DNA of 64,000 nt from Spirochaetales bacterium (GCA_037142615.1 JBAXAI010000001.1:192001-256000), one strand, 5' to 3'; shown: positions 10,155 through 19,913, counted from the first letter of the stretch. Numbers and translations: made by a program. The notes: generated by a model from the letters alone, not told the origin.

Positions 10155-10587
10155 TGTCCTGCTGGCCTCCTTGAGCCTGCTCCTGACGGCGTGCAACGCC
10201 TCTTCGTTGCCGGTACGTGACTTGACCGTAGGAAAGGTGGTTTTTCGCACCGAAATCGCTTCGAACCCCGCCGAACGCGAGCGCGGACTCATGCAAAGGG
10301 CAACGCTGCCCGAAACGAGCGCCATGCTTTTCGTGTTTCCGGAAGAAAGCCAACGGGTTTTTTGGATGAAGGATACGCCCCTCCCGCTCTCTATCGCCTA
10401 CATCAGCAAGCAAGGGGTTGTCAAAGAGATCCTCGACATGGCGCCCTTTTCGCTGGCAGCGGTACCGTCACTTCACGCGGTGATGTACGCTCTCGAGGTG
10501 AATCAAGGTGCGTTCACGCGCCTGGGCGTCCACGTTGGCGACCAAATGAACCTCGACGGTCTCAAGGGGCTTTCGGAAGCTCGCTGA
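10141..10587 (+). CDS. DUF192 family lipoprotein
   Basis: Lipobox LLTAC; motifs ERERGLMQR, MLFVF, FWMKDTPLPLSIAYI, YALEVNQG. Confidence 0.9.
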   Translation: MKTFSVLLASLSLLLTACNASSLPVRDLTVGKVVFRTEIASNPAERERGLMQRATLPETSAMLFVFPEESQRVFWMKDTPLPLSIAYISKQGVVKEILDMAPFSLAAVPSLHAVMYALEVNQGAFTRLGVHVGDQMNLDGLKGLSEAR

Positions 10588-10813
10588 AGAGGTCGAAGGT
10601 CGGGTCAGCCAAGTTCCCACCTAGCGCCAAGTTCCCCGGGTTCAGCAGGATTTCGACCTTCTTTTCCATCTTGTCGAGTTCTTTCTCCAGACCCTGTGCC
10701 AGCTGGATGCCTTCCTCAAACTGTGCCAGCGCCGCATCCAAGGGCGTGGCAGGCGACTTGATCGAGGCAGTCAGTTGCTCGAGCCGAGTCAGTCGTTCCT
10801 CAAAGCTTTTCAT
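10562..10813 (-). CDS. xseB: exodeoxyribonuclease VII small subunit
   Basis: SFEERLTRLEQL...LDAALAQFEEGIQL...LDKMEKKVEIL; directly follows xseA. Confidence 0.92.
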   Translation of the reverse strand: MKSFEERLTRLEQLTASIKSPATPLDAALAQFEEGIQLAQGLEKELDKMEKKVEILLNPGNLALGGNLADPTFDLFSELPKAP

Positions 10814-12011
10814 CTTCAATCTCCTTGACCTGGACCAAGGCCCGGCCGCGATGGAATCTTATCGTCAACGGGTCGCCGGCTGTCAGGCGGTCAACGCCTG
10901 AAACGGGCGTGCCCTGCCGATCCGTAACCAGGGCGTAGCCTCGCTCAAGAACCGCGAGCGGGCTCAGAGCTTCCAGCGTGGCCTTCTGATGGTTGACCTG
11001 CACCCGTACTTCGGCCAGTCGCTGCGCCAAAGCGCCAAGCAGGTCTTCTTTGGCGTCGTCAAAGCGCTGATAGGTTGGCTGCAAGACCCGGCGAAGGGTT
11101 TCTTCCAGCCGCTCCGGCCGATAGTCGGTCAGGGCCAGTCGCGTTCGCTCCAGTCGGGACCTGATCAACTGCGCCAGATCCGTTCGGGTTGAGGCCAACG
11201 CAGGCCTTAACACCGACCAAGTCCGAGCCAAGGTTTCGGCTGCTGCCGTGGGGGTCGGGCACCGGAGGTCGGCCGCCAGGTCGCTCAGCGGATTGTCGAT
11301 CTCATGACCTACGGCAGAAATAACGGGCAACCGGCAAGCGGCAATACTCCGGACCACCGCTTCGTCAGAAAACGGCAAAAGATCTTCGACGGCGCCACCA
11401 CCCCGACCCACAACCAGGACGTCTGCCAAGGCCTGCACCGAGACGTAGTCGATCATCGTGGCAATCTGTCTGCCCGCCTCGGCCCCCTGGACGAGCACTG
11501 GAAACACCCGGATCTTGGCGGTGACACGGTGATGCTGAAAGATGCGGAGCATGTCTTGCAGGGCTGCGCCTCCGGGGCTGGTGACGAGCCCTATCACGGC
11601 CGGAGCGAGGGGAATGGGCCGCTTCCGTTCGGCGGCAAACAGCCCCTCGGCATCCAGGCTCCGCTTGAGGCGTTCCAGCCTGGCCAGCAGGTCCCCGAGC
11701 CCCAAGGGCTCAATCGTGGCGACCACCAGTTGGTACGAACCTTGGGGCTCGTAGACCGACAGCCGGCCCGAAATGCGTACCTTTTGGCCATCTTCCGGGA
11801 CGAAGGGGGTCCCTCGTGCATTCCAAGCGAACCATACGACTTTGACAACGGCCTTTTCGTCTTTCAGTGAAAAATACAGGTGTTTGCCGGCCGTGGTCCT
11901 CAGGCCGGTGATCTCGCCCTCGACGACAAGGCTGGTCAAGCCGGTTTCTAGCAGGTCTTTGATCAGCGCAGTCAGACCAGAAACCGAGAGCACTCCAGTG
12001 GGGGCGGGCAT
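10800..12011 (-). CDS. xseA: exodeoxyribonuclease VII large subunit
   Basis: VEGEI, HLYFSLKD, LVTSPGGAALQD, GRGGGAVEDL, ISAVGHEID, PTPTAAAE, LSPLAVLERGY. Confidence 0.96.
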   Translation of the reverse strand: MPAPTGVLSVSGLTALIKDLLETGLTSLVVEGEITGLRTTAGKHLYFSLKDEKAVVKVVWFAWNARGTPFVPEDGQKVRISGRLSVYEPQGSYQLVVATIEPLGLGDLLARLERLKRSLDAEGLFAAERKRPIPLAPAVIGLVTSPGGAALQDMLRIFQHHRVTAKIRVFPVLVQGAEAGRQIATMIDYVSVQALADVLVVGRGGGAVEDLLPFSDEAVVRSIAACRLPVISAVGHEIDNPLSDLAADLRCPTPTAAAETLARTWSVLRPALASTRTDLAQLIRSRLERTRLALTDYRPERLEETLRRVLQPTYQRFDDAKEDLLGALAQRLAEVRVQVNHQKATLEALSPLAVLERGYALVTDRQGTPVSGVDRLTAGDPLTIRFHRGRALVQVKEIEDEKL

Positions 12012-12070
12012 GGGCTCAGCTTAGCGTTTTTTCTTGCCAAACGCAACAAATCTGACGATGATAGGGGTGC

Positions 12071-13513
12071 ATGAAAACGCTGGTCCTGCTCGCCCATTTT
12101 CACCGATCCCCGTTCCTGAACCACCTGTGGGATGGGCTGACTTCCACGAACAGGATCCGCCATTCGCTGCAGAACGTACTTCCCGACTCTCCGTGCGTAG
12201 AAGTCGGTCCCTTTGCAACCCTTGTGGAGTACTTCCGGGCCCTCGCAACCGCCGCAGCAGGCTTCGAGGAAGTTGTGCTCGCGAGCGCCGATACGCCTTT
12301 CCTACGTGGCGATACCGGACTGGAGTTGTTGGAACTTCACCGGCGTTACCAGGCCGACTACACCTTTGCTGACGGCTTTCCCATTGGTCTCACCCCCGAG
12401 ATCTTTCACCCTCGCATCCTTGCCGTTTTGACCGAATGGAGCCGTGATCGAGGTGGACCTCCAACCCGCGAGTCTTTCTTTCAGGTTCTTTCTCACGACA
12501 TCAACCGCTTCGACGTTGAGACCCACCTGTCCCCCGTTGACCTTCGGACTCAGCGCTTGTCGCTGACGGCAAATTCGGCACGCGGAATCCGGCTTCTTGA
12601 GCGCGTCAAGCCATGGATTTCTCTGCCTATCAAAGAGATGCTCCAAAAGATCGCCTCGGAGGGATCTTTGCTCCGGACGCTTCCGGCCACGCTACTCGTG
12701 CAGGTAACCAACGGCGTTCGCCAGCTTCCGGTTTGGTCCCCCCAGGGTCAGTTCGATCCAAGTGCGCTCACGCGTCGTGACTTTCTTGAGCGCGAAGCGT
12801 GGAACCAACTGCTCGATCGAATGCTGGCGTTTGCCGGCGACCTTACGGTATTGCCTGCTTTTTGGGGCGAACCTTCGCTTCACCCGCAGATTGCCGGCCT
12901 TCTGACTGATGCCCTGGCCAAGTCTGGACTTTCGCTTTGCATTGAAACCTCCGGGTTGGGTTGGAACGAGGCGGATCTCGTAGCCCTGGAAAAAGTTGCC
13001 GACGGAAAGATCGACTGGATCGTCGAACTGGATTCCTTGGAAGCCAACACGTATGCCCGTCTCCGAGGCCCCGGTTTCGAGGAGGCGCTGGCAACCACGA
13101 ACCGGCTTCTGGAGCTTTTTCCGGGCCGGGTTTGGCCTCAGACGGTCCGCATGCGCGACAACGAAGCAGAAATGGAGGCGTTCTACAAGTTCTGGAAGGC
13201 GAAAGCAGGTCAGGTCGTTCTCCAGAAACACAATCACTTCGGAGGTCGGTTGCCGTCTCTGAAGCCGGCCGACCTTTCGCCCTGGGCTCGACACCCCTGT
13301 TGGCACGCCGCCCGGGATCTCGCCATTTTTCTCGACGGAACCACCGTTGTTTGCCGGGATGACTACGAACGGACACAAAGCCTCGGCAACGCCTATGTCC
13401 AAACCCCTGCCGAACTTTGGCAGGCTGGGGAGGCCCTGTTCGCCTCGCACCTGCAACAATCCTATCCCCCGGTCTGCCGGAACTGTGATGAGTACTACAC
13501 CTTCTTCTTCTAG
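12071..13513 (+). CDS. spiro-SPASM protein (SpsF-like N-terminus, degenerate radical SAM domain, SPASM domain)
   Basis: ADYTFADGFPIGLTPE, DINRFDVET, GEPSLHP, IETSG; C-terminal PCWH...VCRDD...CRNCDEYYTFFF. Confidence 0.9.
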   Translation: MKTLVLLAHFHRSPFLNHLWDGLTSTNRIRHSLQNVLPDSPCVEVGPFATLVEYFRALATAAAGFEEVVLASADTPFLRGDTGLELLELHRRYQADYTFADGFPIGLTPEIFHPRILAVLTEWSRDRGGPPTRESFFQVLSHDINRFDVETHLSPVDLRTQRLSLTANSARGIRLLERVKPWISLPIKEMLQKIASEGSLLRTLPATLLVQVTNGVRQLPVWSPQGQFDPSALTRRDFLEREAWNQLLDRMLAFAGDLTVLPAFWGEPSLHPQIAGLLTDALAKSGLSLCIETSGLGWNEADLVALEKVADGKIDWIVELDSLEANTYARLRGPGFEEALATTNRLLELFPGRVWPQTVRMRDNEAEMEAFYKFWKAKAGQVVLQKHNHFGGRLPSLKPADLSPWARHPCWHAARDLAIFLDGTTVVCRDDYERTQSLGNAYVQTPAELWQAGEALFASHLQQSYPPVCRNCDEYYTFFF

Positions 13514-14447
13514 GCCTCCGTACACCGTGATCGGTACAGCGGGGTTGCCGCCTTCTGCCCAGCGGTTTGAACAGAAGGTCAGTCTGGTCGTGCTGGGGCG
13601 CGACAGCTGGTTGTTCCGTGCCGGTGTGCTCGAGGACTTCTACCAGCTTGGGTTCGCAGAAATCCTCTGCGTCGAGACGGCACCGCTCAAGTACGAGCCC
13701 GAGGAACTCCTCGGGAGGTTTCCCGGACTTCGCCTTCTTGTCCTTCAGAATGAGGTGAGTACGGGCGAGAAGATCAATCTCGCGGCACTCGAGATCCATT
13801 GGCCTCGTTTCCTTGTGCTGTGGGACGATCAGAAAATCCCTGAGCCCGGACTTCACACCAAGATCAGCAAGTTTTGGCAGGACAACACCATGATGCTCCT
13901 GGCGCCCGAGCTTCGTGACAGCGACGGCAAGGAAATTCCCGGTGTGCTCGTGCCAAGTCTTGACGGCAACCATCTGCGCATGCTGACGCTTCCGGGCGAG
14001 GAAGAACTCGTCGAAACTCTCTTTACCCAGGATTTTACCGGCCTGTATGACCGTGAGAAGTTCTTGCGTTCCGGGGGGTTTGACCCCAAGATCCGCGAAC
14101 CCTACTGGCAAAGGGCCGACTGGGGAGTGCGCTGCCACCTGTGGGGCGAAGCCGTTGCGCTGGGGCGGGTCTTCCGGGTGGACCTCCGTACGCCCTGGGT
14201 TCCCGAAGATCAGTCGGCCCGCTCCGGCAGCCTCCGGTTCTACGCCAAGAACTTGGCCTTGAGGTTCTCGGGTGACCACGCCGTGCTTCCGTGGGACCGG
14301 TTTGGCCGTTTTTGGCGCCAGTCAGGGTCGACCCTTTGGGCGTGCCTCGCTGAGTTCCGCGAGGTAAGGGCTTGGGTTCACTCCCATCGTTACCGCTTTG
14401 TGGCCGACGCCAAGATTCTTGTCGAGAGCTGGGGGAGTTCGTCGTGA
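13488..14447 (+). CDS. spirochete glycosyltransferase-like (GT2-fold) protein
   Basis: Start MSTTPSS overlaps the spiro-SPASM end; GEKINLA, VLWDD, GGFDPKI..PYWQ.ADWG.R resemble GT2 C-terminal motifs. Confidence 0.7.
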   Translation: MSTTPSSSRPPYTVIGTAGLPPSAQRFEQKVSLVVLGRDSWLFRAGVLEDFYQLGFAEILCVETAPLKYEPEELLGRFPGLRLLVLQNEVSTGEKINLAALEIHWPRFLVLWDDQKIPEPGLHTKISKFWQDNTMMLLAPELRDSDGKEIPGVLVPSLDGNHLRMLTLPGEEELVETLFTQDFTGLYDREKFLRSGGFDPKIREPYWQRADWGVRCHLWGEAVALGRVFRVDLRTPWVPEDQSARSGSLRFYAKNLALRFSGDHAVLPWDRFGRFWRQSGSTLWACLAEFREVRAWVHSHRYRFVADAKILVESWGSSS

Positions 14448-15115
14448 CTGCGGTCTTCCTGCAGGTGCGCCTGAGTTCGCAACGGTATCCGCGAAAGGCG
14501 CTGGCCCTCCTGGGGGATCGGACCGTCTTTGAACGGTGTCTGCAAGCCCTGTCCGCCGTCAAGACGGCGTTGCATGTTGTGGTCACCGAACCACAAAGCC
14601 TCGCCGAACTGAGCCCGCTTGCCCGGGCCCTCGGTTGGGACGTATTCAGCGGACCCGAGGACCACGTTCTCGAGAGGTTCGTCTTGGCGGCGCGCGAGTT
14701 TCGCGTGACGACCGTAGTACGGGCCACGGGGGACAATCCCCTTGTGTCGGCCCATCTGGCCAATCTTCTGCTGGCCCGGCACTTGCGCAAAACATCGCAG
14801 TACTCGGGATTTCAAGGTGGGCCTCTGGGCAGTGGTGTCGAGGTCCTGGACGTCGCCGCCCTGGAAACGGCGCTGGCCTCGCAACCGGACACCCACGAGG
14901 CCGAGCATGTCAGCCCGTTCCTTTACCGACGTCCCCAGGCGTTTCGAATTGACCGACCTCCCGTGCCCAAGAAGTTCAGGCACCCGGAGGGTAGTATCAC
15001 CCTCGATACTCTGGATGACGGCGCCTATTTGGAAGCGCTGTGGACCGAACTGAACCCGATCGCTCCGCCGGAACTGGAGGCCGTGATTCCATGGCTCAAG
15101 ACGCATCCCCGCTAA
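14444..15115 (+). CDS. SpsF-like acylneuraminate cytidylyltransferase family protein
   Basis: QVRLSSQRYPRKAL, FSGPEDHVLERF, VVRATGDNP, GSGVEV, EHVSPFLY, ITLDTLDD. Confidence 0.9.
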   Translation: MTAVFLQVRLSSQRYPRKALALLGDRTVFERCLQALSAVKTALHVVVTEPQSLAELSPLARALGWDVFSGPEDHVLERFVLAAREFRVTTVVRATGDNPLVSAHLANLLLARHLRKTSQYSGFQGGPLGSGVEVLDVAALETALASQPDTHEAEHVSPFLYRRPQAFRIDRPPVPKKFRHPEGSITLDTLDDGAYLEALWTELNPIAPPELEAVIPWLKTHPR

Positions 15116-16872
15116 GGCCACGGGTGGTCCTCATCCCGAACACCTTGGTGTCACAGGGCATGGGCCACCTCAAGCGGTGCGCCTCGGCCGCAGAGGCCGT
15201 GAAAGAGGTCGCGCTGTGGTTCTGCCTCGACCCGGTGTTAGCCGGGGGGCCCACCTTCGACCCTGAGCAGTTGCAACTTTGGGTTGGCAGCCTACCGACA
15301 CTGGCGCAGTGGCCCGATTCCTGGGTCGCTGAAGTGGCTGTCCTCGACTTTCAGCGTACCTCTCCTGCCTTGCTTGCTTGGGTGGCCCGGCGCGCCAAGG
15401 TTGTCGTTGGCTGGGATGAAGGCGGCAAGGCACGGTTGAAGTTTCCGTTTCTCGTCGACTCACTGCCTCACCAAACCCTGCCGGCTCCCAACCTGAAACA
15501 TCCCGGTCTGCTTGGCTATCCTTCCGGTGCTTCGGTACCCGGCGAAAGGTTTCACCGTCCGATCCGAAGGGTCGTTGTAAGTTTCGGCGGGGCAGACCCG
15601 TTGGGTCTCACCGTCACCTTTTGCCGGTTTTGGTCTCAACTGGCCGACCGTCCTGCTTGGGAACTTACCGTTGTCCGCGGTCCCCTGGCCCGGTTCGAGT
15701 TGGCAGCCGTTTTCCCCGTTGTCGACAATCCTCCCGACTTGCCTCGTTTGCTAAGGGAGGCCGATTTGGTGATTACCTCGTGGGGTCTGACCGTTTTGGA
15801 GTCTCTGGCGGCGGGAACTCCCGTGCTCCTGCTCAATCCCTCGCGCTACCACGATGGGTTGGCACGCGCGGCCGGGCTTGCCCGTTTTGGTGTACTCCAG
15901 CCACGTGCCAAGGCGTTCCGCGATGCTCTCGGCTTGGCTCCAGCGGCTTCCGAAGCTGCTTGCGCCCGCCTGTTGCCCGAACCAGCCTCATCCTCGGACT
16001 ACTGGGGAACTTTCGGCGGCACCCCAGCGCGTTGTCCGGTTTGCGGCACAACCGGGCACGCGGTTTTCGCCCGGACACCGCACAAGTCGTTTCACCGTTG
16101 TCGTACCTGCTCGCTTGAGTTCCTGTCTGTTTACCAACTTGCGCCGAAAGTTTACTCCGACGCTTATTTCTTCGAGGATTACCAAGCGCAGTATGGCAAA
16201 ACCTATCTCGAAGATTTCGCCCACATCTCCTCGCTTGGTTCCGAGCGCCTGAGCTTTGTCACCAAAAAGCTCGGAATCCGGCCCGGCATTGTCTTTGACG
16301 TCGGCTGCGCTTTTGGTCCGTTCCTCGCGGCCGCTTCGAAAGAGGGCCTGCGCCCTTTCGGCGTCGACATTGCCGCGTCAGCCATCCGGCACGTCACCCA
16401 AACGCTGGGGTTTCCTGCCGTCCAGGCTTCTTGGCTCGATTTCGTTTGGCAAGACGCATTTCCAGGAGCTCCCCAGCCCGACCTGCTGACGATGTGGTAC
16501 GTCATCGAACACTTTTCCGACCTCGATTCTGTGCTAAGAAAGGTCAGTGCGGTCTTGGCAACCGGCGGTACCTTCGCCTTCGGCACGCCCAACGGTTTGG
16601 GAATGACCCGTCGTTTCCGGGGTACGAAGTTCTGGGACGAGAGTCCCGACGACCACTTTTCTGTTTGGAACCGCCGGTCCGCGAGACGAATCCTGAGAAA
16701 GTACGGTTTTGACATCCTCGGCTTTCGAAATACCGGACTCCACCCGGAGCGCTTCCCAGGAATCGGACCAGGTCGCGACTGGCGGTACCACGTCGTCGCT
16801 TGGCTGGGCAAGCGGCTGGGGTGGGGCGATACGTTTGAAGTCTACGCAAAAAAATCCAGGGAGTTGAAATGA
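15091..16872 (+). CDS. PseG/SpsG-like GT-B domain fused to a zinc-binding segment and class I SAM methyltransferase
   Basis: GMGHLKRC and VVVSFGGADPLGLT (PseG-like); CPVC...CRTC; VFDVGCAFGPF SAM motif; MWYVIEHF. Confidence 0.85.
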   Translation: MAQDASPLRPRVVLIPNTLVSQGMGHLKRCASAAEAVKEVALWFCLDPVLAGGPTFDPEQLQLWVGSLPTLAQWPDSWVAEVAVLDFQRTSPALLAWVARRAKVVVGWDEGGKARLKFPFLVDSLPHQTLPAPNLKHPGLLGYPSGASVPGERFHRPIRRVVVSFGGADPLGLTVTFCRFWSQLADRPAWELTVVRGPLARFELAAVFPVVDNPPDLPRLLREADLVITSWGLTVLESLAAGTPVLLLNPSRYHDGLARAAGLARFGVLQPRAKAFRDALGLAPAASEAACARLLPEPASSSDYWGTFGGTPARCPVCGTTGHAVFARTPHKSFHRCRTCSLEFLSVYQLAPKVYSDAYFFEDYQAQYGKTYLEDFAHISSLGSERLSFVTKKLGIRPGIVFDVGCAFGPFLAAASKEGLRPFGVDIAASAIRHVTQTLGFPAVQASWLDFVWQDAFPGAPQPDLLTMWYVIEHFSDLDSVLRKVSAVLATGGTFAFGTPNGLGMTRRFRGTKFWDESPDDHFSVWNRRSARRILRKYGFDILGFRNTGLHPERFPGIGPGRDWRYHVVAWLGKRLGWGDTFEVYAKKSRELK

Positions 16873-18329
16873 AGCGATTTGTCTTGTTGCTCGGCGGAGG
16901 TCGAATGCAGCTTCCCGCGCTCGAGGGTGCGCACAAGCTGGGACTCGGTGTTGTTTGTTTCGACGCGAAAGCTGACGTCCTTGCCCGTCCGTTGGCTGAC
17001 CATTTTGTCGTCTGCGATATCAGCCAGAAAGATGCGTGCCTTGAGGCGGCAAAGCAAGCCACCAAGCAGTTTCCCCTTCATGGGGTCCTGACGGTGGGCA
17101 CCGACTTCTCGACGACAGTAGCTTGGGTCGCTGTCGGGCTCGGGCTCCCTGGCATTCCCTACGAAGTTGCCCAAAGGGCCAAAGACAAAGGGCTCATGCG
17201 GGCCTGTTTCGCCGAGAACGGCGTCGCGTCGCCTCGGTATCACGTTTGGACCAAGGAAGTCGGCACAGACTTCCAGCCGTCGTTCGGACTTCCGTGCGTC
17301 GTCAAACCTGCTGACAGCATGGGCGCAAGAGGTGTGCGTCTCGTAACCTCGAACCAAGAGCTTGCGGTGGCACTCGACGAGGCTTCCGGCCACTCTCCCA
17401 CGGGACGAGTCATCGTGGAGCAATTCATCGACGGCCCTGAGTTCTCGCTTGACTCGATTGTCCGCGACGGAAAACTGCACCGGATGGGCCTTGCCGATCG
17501 GCATATTGTTTTTTCGCCGTACTTTGTCGAAATCGGCCACACCCTTCCATCGCGCTTCGGGCCCGAGGTGATTGAGTCGCTTTGGGTCGAGTTCGAGAAA
17601 GGAGTCCGTGCCCTCGGGATCCGCAATGGCGCAGCCAAGGGCGATGTCAAGCTTTCCTCTTCAGGACCCATGATCGGCGAAATCGCCGCGCGGTTGTCGG
17701 GCGGCTTTATGTCCGGCTGGACCTACCCATTGTCTTCGGGTCGTGATCCCACGCTCTGGGCCCTGGAAACCGCGCTGGGAGAGCCCTTGACGCCGCAGGC
17801 GGAAGACAAGCGTTCTCCCGTCGTCGAGAGGGCGTGGATCAGCATTCCAGGCCTCCTGCGCAACATCGGAGACTTGGAAGCCGTGCGTCGTATTCCGGGC
17901 GTCGCAGAAGTCTTTGTTAACCTGAGGCCTGGCCAAACGATGAGTTTTCCCAGGAACAACGTCGAAAAAGCCGGCAATCTCATCTGCACCGGTGCTACTT
18001 TCGAACTGGCAGAAACCTCCGCCCGCCGGGCCCGAAATCTGCTTTCGCTCGACCTCGGACCCAACCAGAGGCTCACAGACGCCTTTTTGGCGGATGATGA
18101 CCAACCGTGGTGGTTTGAGGGCGCAGCCTCCTGCGATCCGGCCCACTGGTGGGAACGCTCGGCATCCGAGGGCTGGCAGGATCCCTACGGCAACACGGTT
18201 GCTGAGTTGCTCCGAGCGGCGGGCCTCGAGGCTGACAAGGCAAACCTCTCGCCCCGTGAAACCCGTGCCTACTTCAAGGGGGGCCTTCAAGGTCTCAACT
18301 ACGTCCGGGCGAGCCAGAAAAGCTTGTGA
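16869..18329 (+). CDS. ATP-grasp domain ligase
   Basis: LLGGGRMQ, DKGLMR, VVKPADSMGARGV, IVEQFIDGPEFSLD, IGEIAARLSGG. Confidence 0.9.
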   Translation: MKRFVLLLGGGRMQLPALEGAHKLGLGVVCFDAKADVLARPLADHFVVCDISQKDACLEAAKQATKQFPLHGVLTVGTDFSTTVAWVAVGLGLPGIPYEVAQRAKDKGLMRACFAENGVASPRYHVWTKEVGTDFQPSFGLPCVVKPADSMGARGVRLVTSNQELAVALDEASGHSPTGRVIVEQFIDGPEFSLDSIVRDGKLHRMGLADRHIVFSPYFVEIGHTLPSRFGPEVIESLWVEFEKGVRALGIRNGAAKGDVKLSSSGPMIGEIAARLSGGFMSGWTYPLSSGRDPTLWALETALGEPLTPQAEDKRSPVVERAWISIPGLLRNIGDLEAVRRIPGVAEVFVNLRPGQTMSFPRNNVEKAGNLICTGATFELAETSARRARNLLSLDLGPNQRLTDAFLADDDQPWWFEGAASCDPAHWWERSASEGWQDPYGNTVAELLRAAGLEADKANLSPRETRAYFKGGLQGLNYVRASQKSL

Positions 18330-19390
18330 GAACTCTGGCGTTGTCGCTTTTGTTGTTCGCTTCGGCCTCGTTGGCGTCGCAGCAACCCGCCGGAGTCTCG
18401 CTCCAGGACTTTGCAACCCAGGCCGGTGCTCAATTGTGGACAGATCCTTGGCGCGGCGTTGCCTTGCTTCAAACCGAAAACCGGACCCTTTCTGTCGATT
18501 TTGCGACGGGCCTTGGTCTCGGGGATGGTGAACAGGAGTTCCAACTCCAGCCACTCGCCGCCTCTGCCTCCGGGCCCCTGCTGGCAAGGGCCGACGCGGA
18601 CCGGCTCCGCGACTGGTTTCGCCAGACCTCGGGCGGCGGTCCCCCAAAACCTGGTCCCGACCCGGTTGTCGCCGAGGCCCCCATCAGGCAAGATTCCCAT
18701 CGCCGGGTCCAGGTGATCGTTCTCGATGCAGGCCACGGAGGCAACGATCCGGGCAGCATTGGCCGCCACGAAATCGACGGCAAAACCGTGGTACTAAAGG
18801 AAAAAGACCTTACCCTCGCTGTCGTGCTCGAGACAAACCGCCTCCTGCAGGAAGCGTTTCCAGACCGCACCATTGTACTGACCAGGGCAACTGACACGTA
18901 TCCCACGCTGGAAGAACGGGTGAGGAAGGCCCATGCCCAGAAACTCGGTCCTCACGATTCGATTCTCTTTTTGTCGGTGCACTTCAACGCTTCCCTCAAT
19001 GCGAAGGCGCGAGGGTTGGAGTTCTGGTACGTGCCTCAGGAGTTCGAGCGCGAGGTTATCGCGGCGCACGATGTTCCAGAATCGGTATTTCCAGTCCTCA
19101 ATTTGATGGTCGATCAGGAGTTCAAGAAGGAAAGCCAGGACCTAGCCCAAGACCTCGCCCAGGGGCTGGCCGCCGAACTGGGCGATGACCAGATCCAACG
19201 GGGTCTCAAGGAGAATCCCTGGTTTGTGGTCCGCATGGCCCGCATGCCAGCCGTCCTGGCAGAACTCGGTTTTATCACCAACGCCGACGAGGCGAAGAGT
19301 CTGACCGAGCCCTCATACTTGAAGCAGTTGGCACACGGCCTCTATACTGGACTGGCTTCTTTTATCCGCACCTATGAGGACGTTCCATGA
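18326..19390 (+). CDS. N-acetylmuramoyl-L-alanine amidase (Amidase_3)
   Basis: Signal peptide; LDAGHGGNDPG, EKDLTL, SVHFNA, VLAELGFITN. Confidence 0.95.
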   Translation: MRTLALSLLLFASASLASQQPAGVSLQDFATQAGAQLWTDPWRGVALLQTENRTLSVDFATGLGLGDGEQEFQLQPLAASASGPLLARADADRLRDWFRQTSGGGPPKPGPDPVVAEAPIRQDSHRRVQVIVLDAGHGGNDPGSIGRHEIDGKTVVLKEKDLTLAVVLETNRLLQEAFPDRTIVLTRATDTYPTLEERVRKAHAQKLGPHDSILFLSVHFNASLNAKARGLEFWYVPQEFEREVIAAHDVPESVFPVLNLMVDQEFKKESQDLAQDLAQGLAAELGDDQIQRGLKENPWFVVRMARMPAVLAELGFITNADEAKSLTEPSYLKQLAHGLYTGLASFIRTYEDVP

Positions 19391-19851
19391 GAATTGACCG
19401 TGTTGCCTTCTGGATCGGGAGCAGTCTTGTGTTGTTTCTGCTTGCTTCCTTGGCACTCTATCTGTTTGTTCCCAGGAGCCTGGCCAGGACCGTTCTTTCG
19501 TTTCCCGAGGACATTACCGGGAAGCTTGTTCCCGAGGTTCGCTTCTTGCCCTTCACATGGGAAGAAGAACACAACGTACGCTTGTTGGTGAACGAAGTCG
19601 TCCTCGGCCCGGCCCGGCATAATCACCAGCGACTTTTTTCGCGGCAGGCCTCCGTTAGGTCGGTTCTCGTGCGGTCGGGCGTGATTTACGTGGATTTGGA
19701 GAAAGCCTCTTTTATTCCCGACCCTGATGTATTATACTCACCCCAAAGGTCCTTGGATGTCCTTGAGAAGACTGTATTGGACAACTTCCGTAATTTGTCG
19801 TCGGTTCAGATTTCCGTCGATGGGCTCCAGCCACTCGATAAATCTCGTTGA
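19387..19851 (+). CDS. GerMN domain membrane protein
   Basis: N-terminal TM helix; LVNEVVLGP, IYVDL, VQISVDG; follows the amidase. Confidence 0.8.
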   Translation: MRIDRVAFWIGSSLVLFLLASLALYLFVPRSLARTVLSFPEDITGKLVPEVRFLPFTWEEEHNVRLLVNEVVLGPARHNHQRLFSRQASVRSVLVRSGVIYVDLEKASFIPDPDVLYSPQRSLDVLEKTVLDNFRNLSSVQISVDGLQPLDKSR

Positions 19852-19875
19852 CAAAGAAGGGAGCATCCATATAAT
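19848..19875 (+). promoter_or_regulatory. sigma70 promoter of flaA
   Basis: Perfect TTGACA-N16-TATAAT. Confidence 0.85.
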
Positions 19876-19913
19876 GAAAAATGACATTCCAAGGTAAATT
19901 TAAGGAGCACTGG

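Noticed and set aside
12843-14279. Long antisense ORFs (also 688-1662, 3570-4742, 28179-29456, 48438-49832, 58182-59357, 59350-60519)
   Set aside because: They shadow well-supported genes on the other strand, show no motifs, and are expected from GC-rich codon bias.
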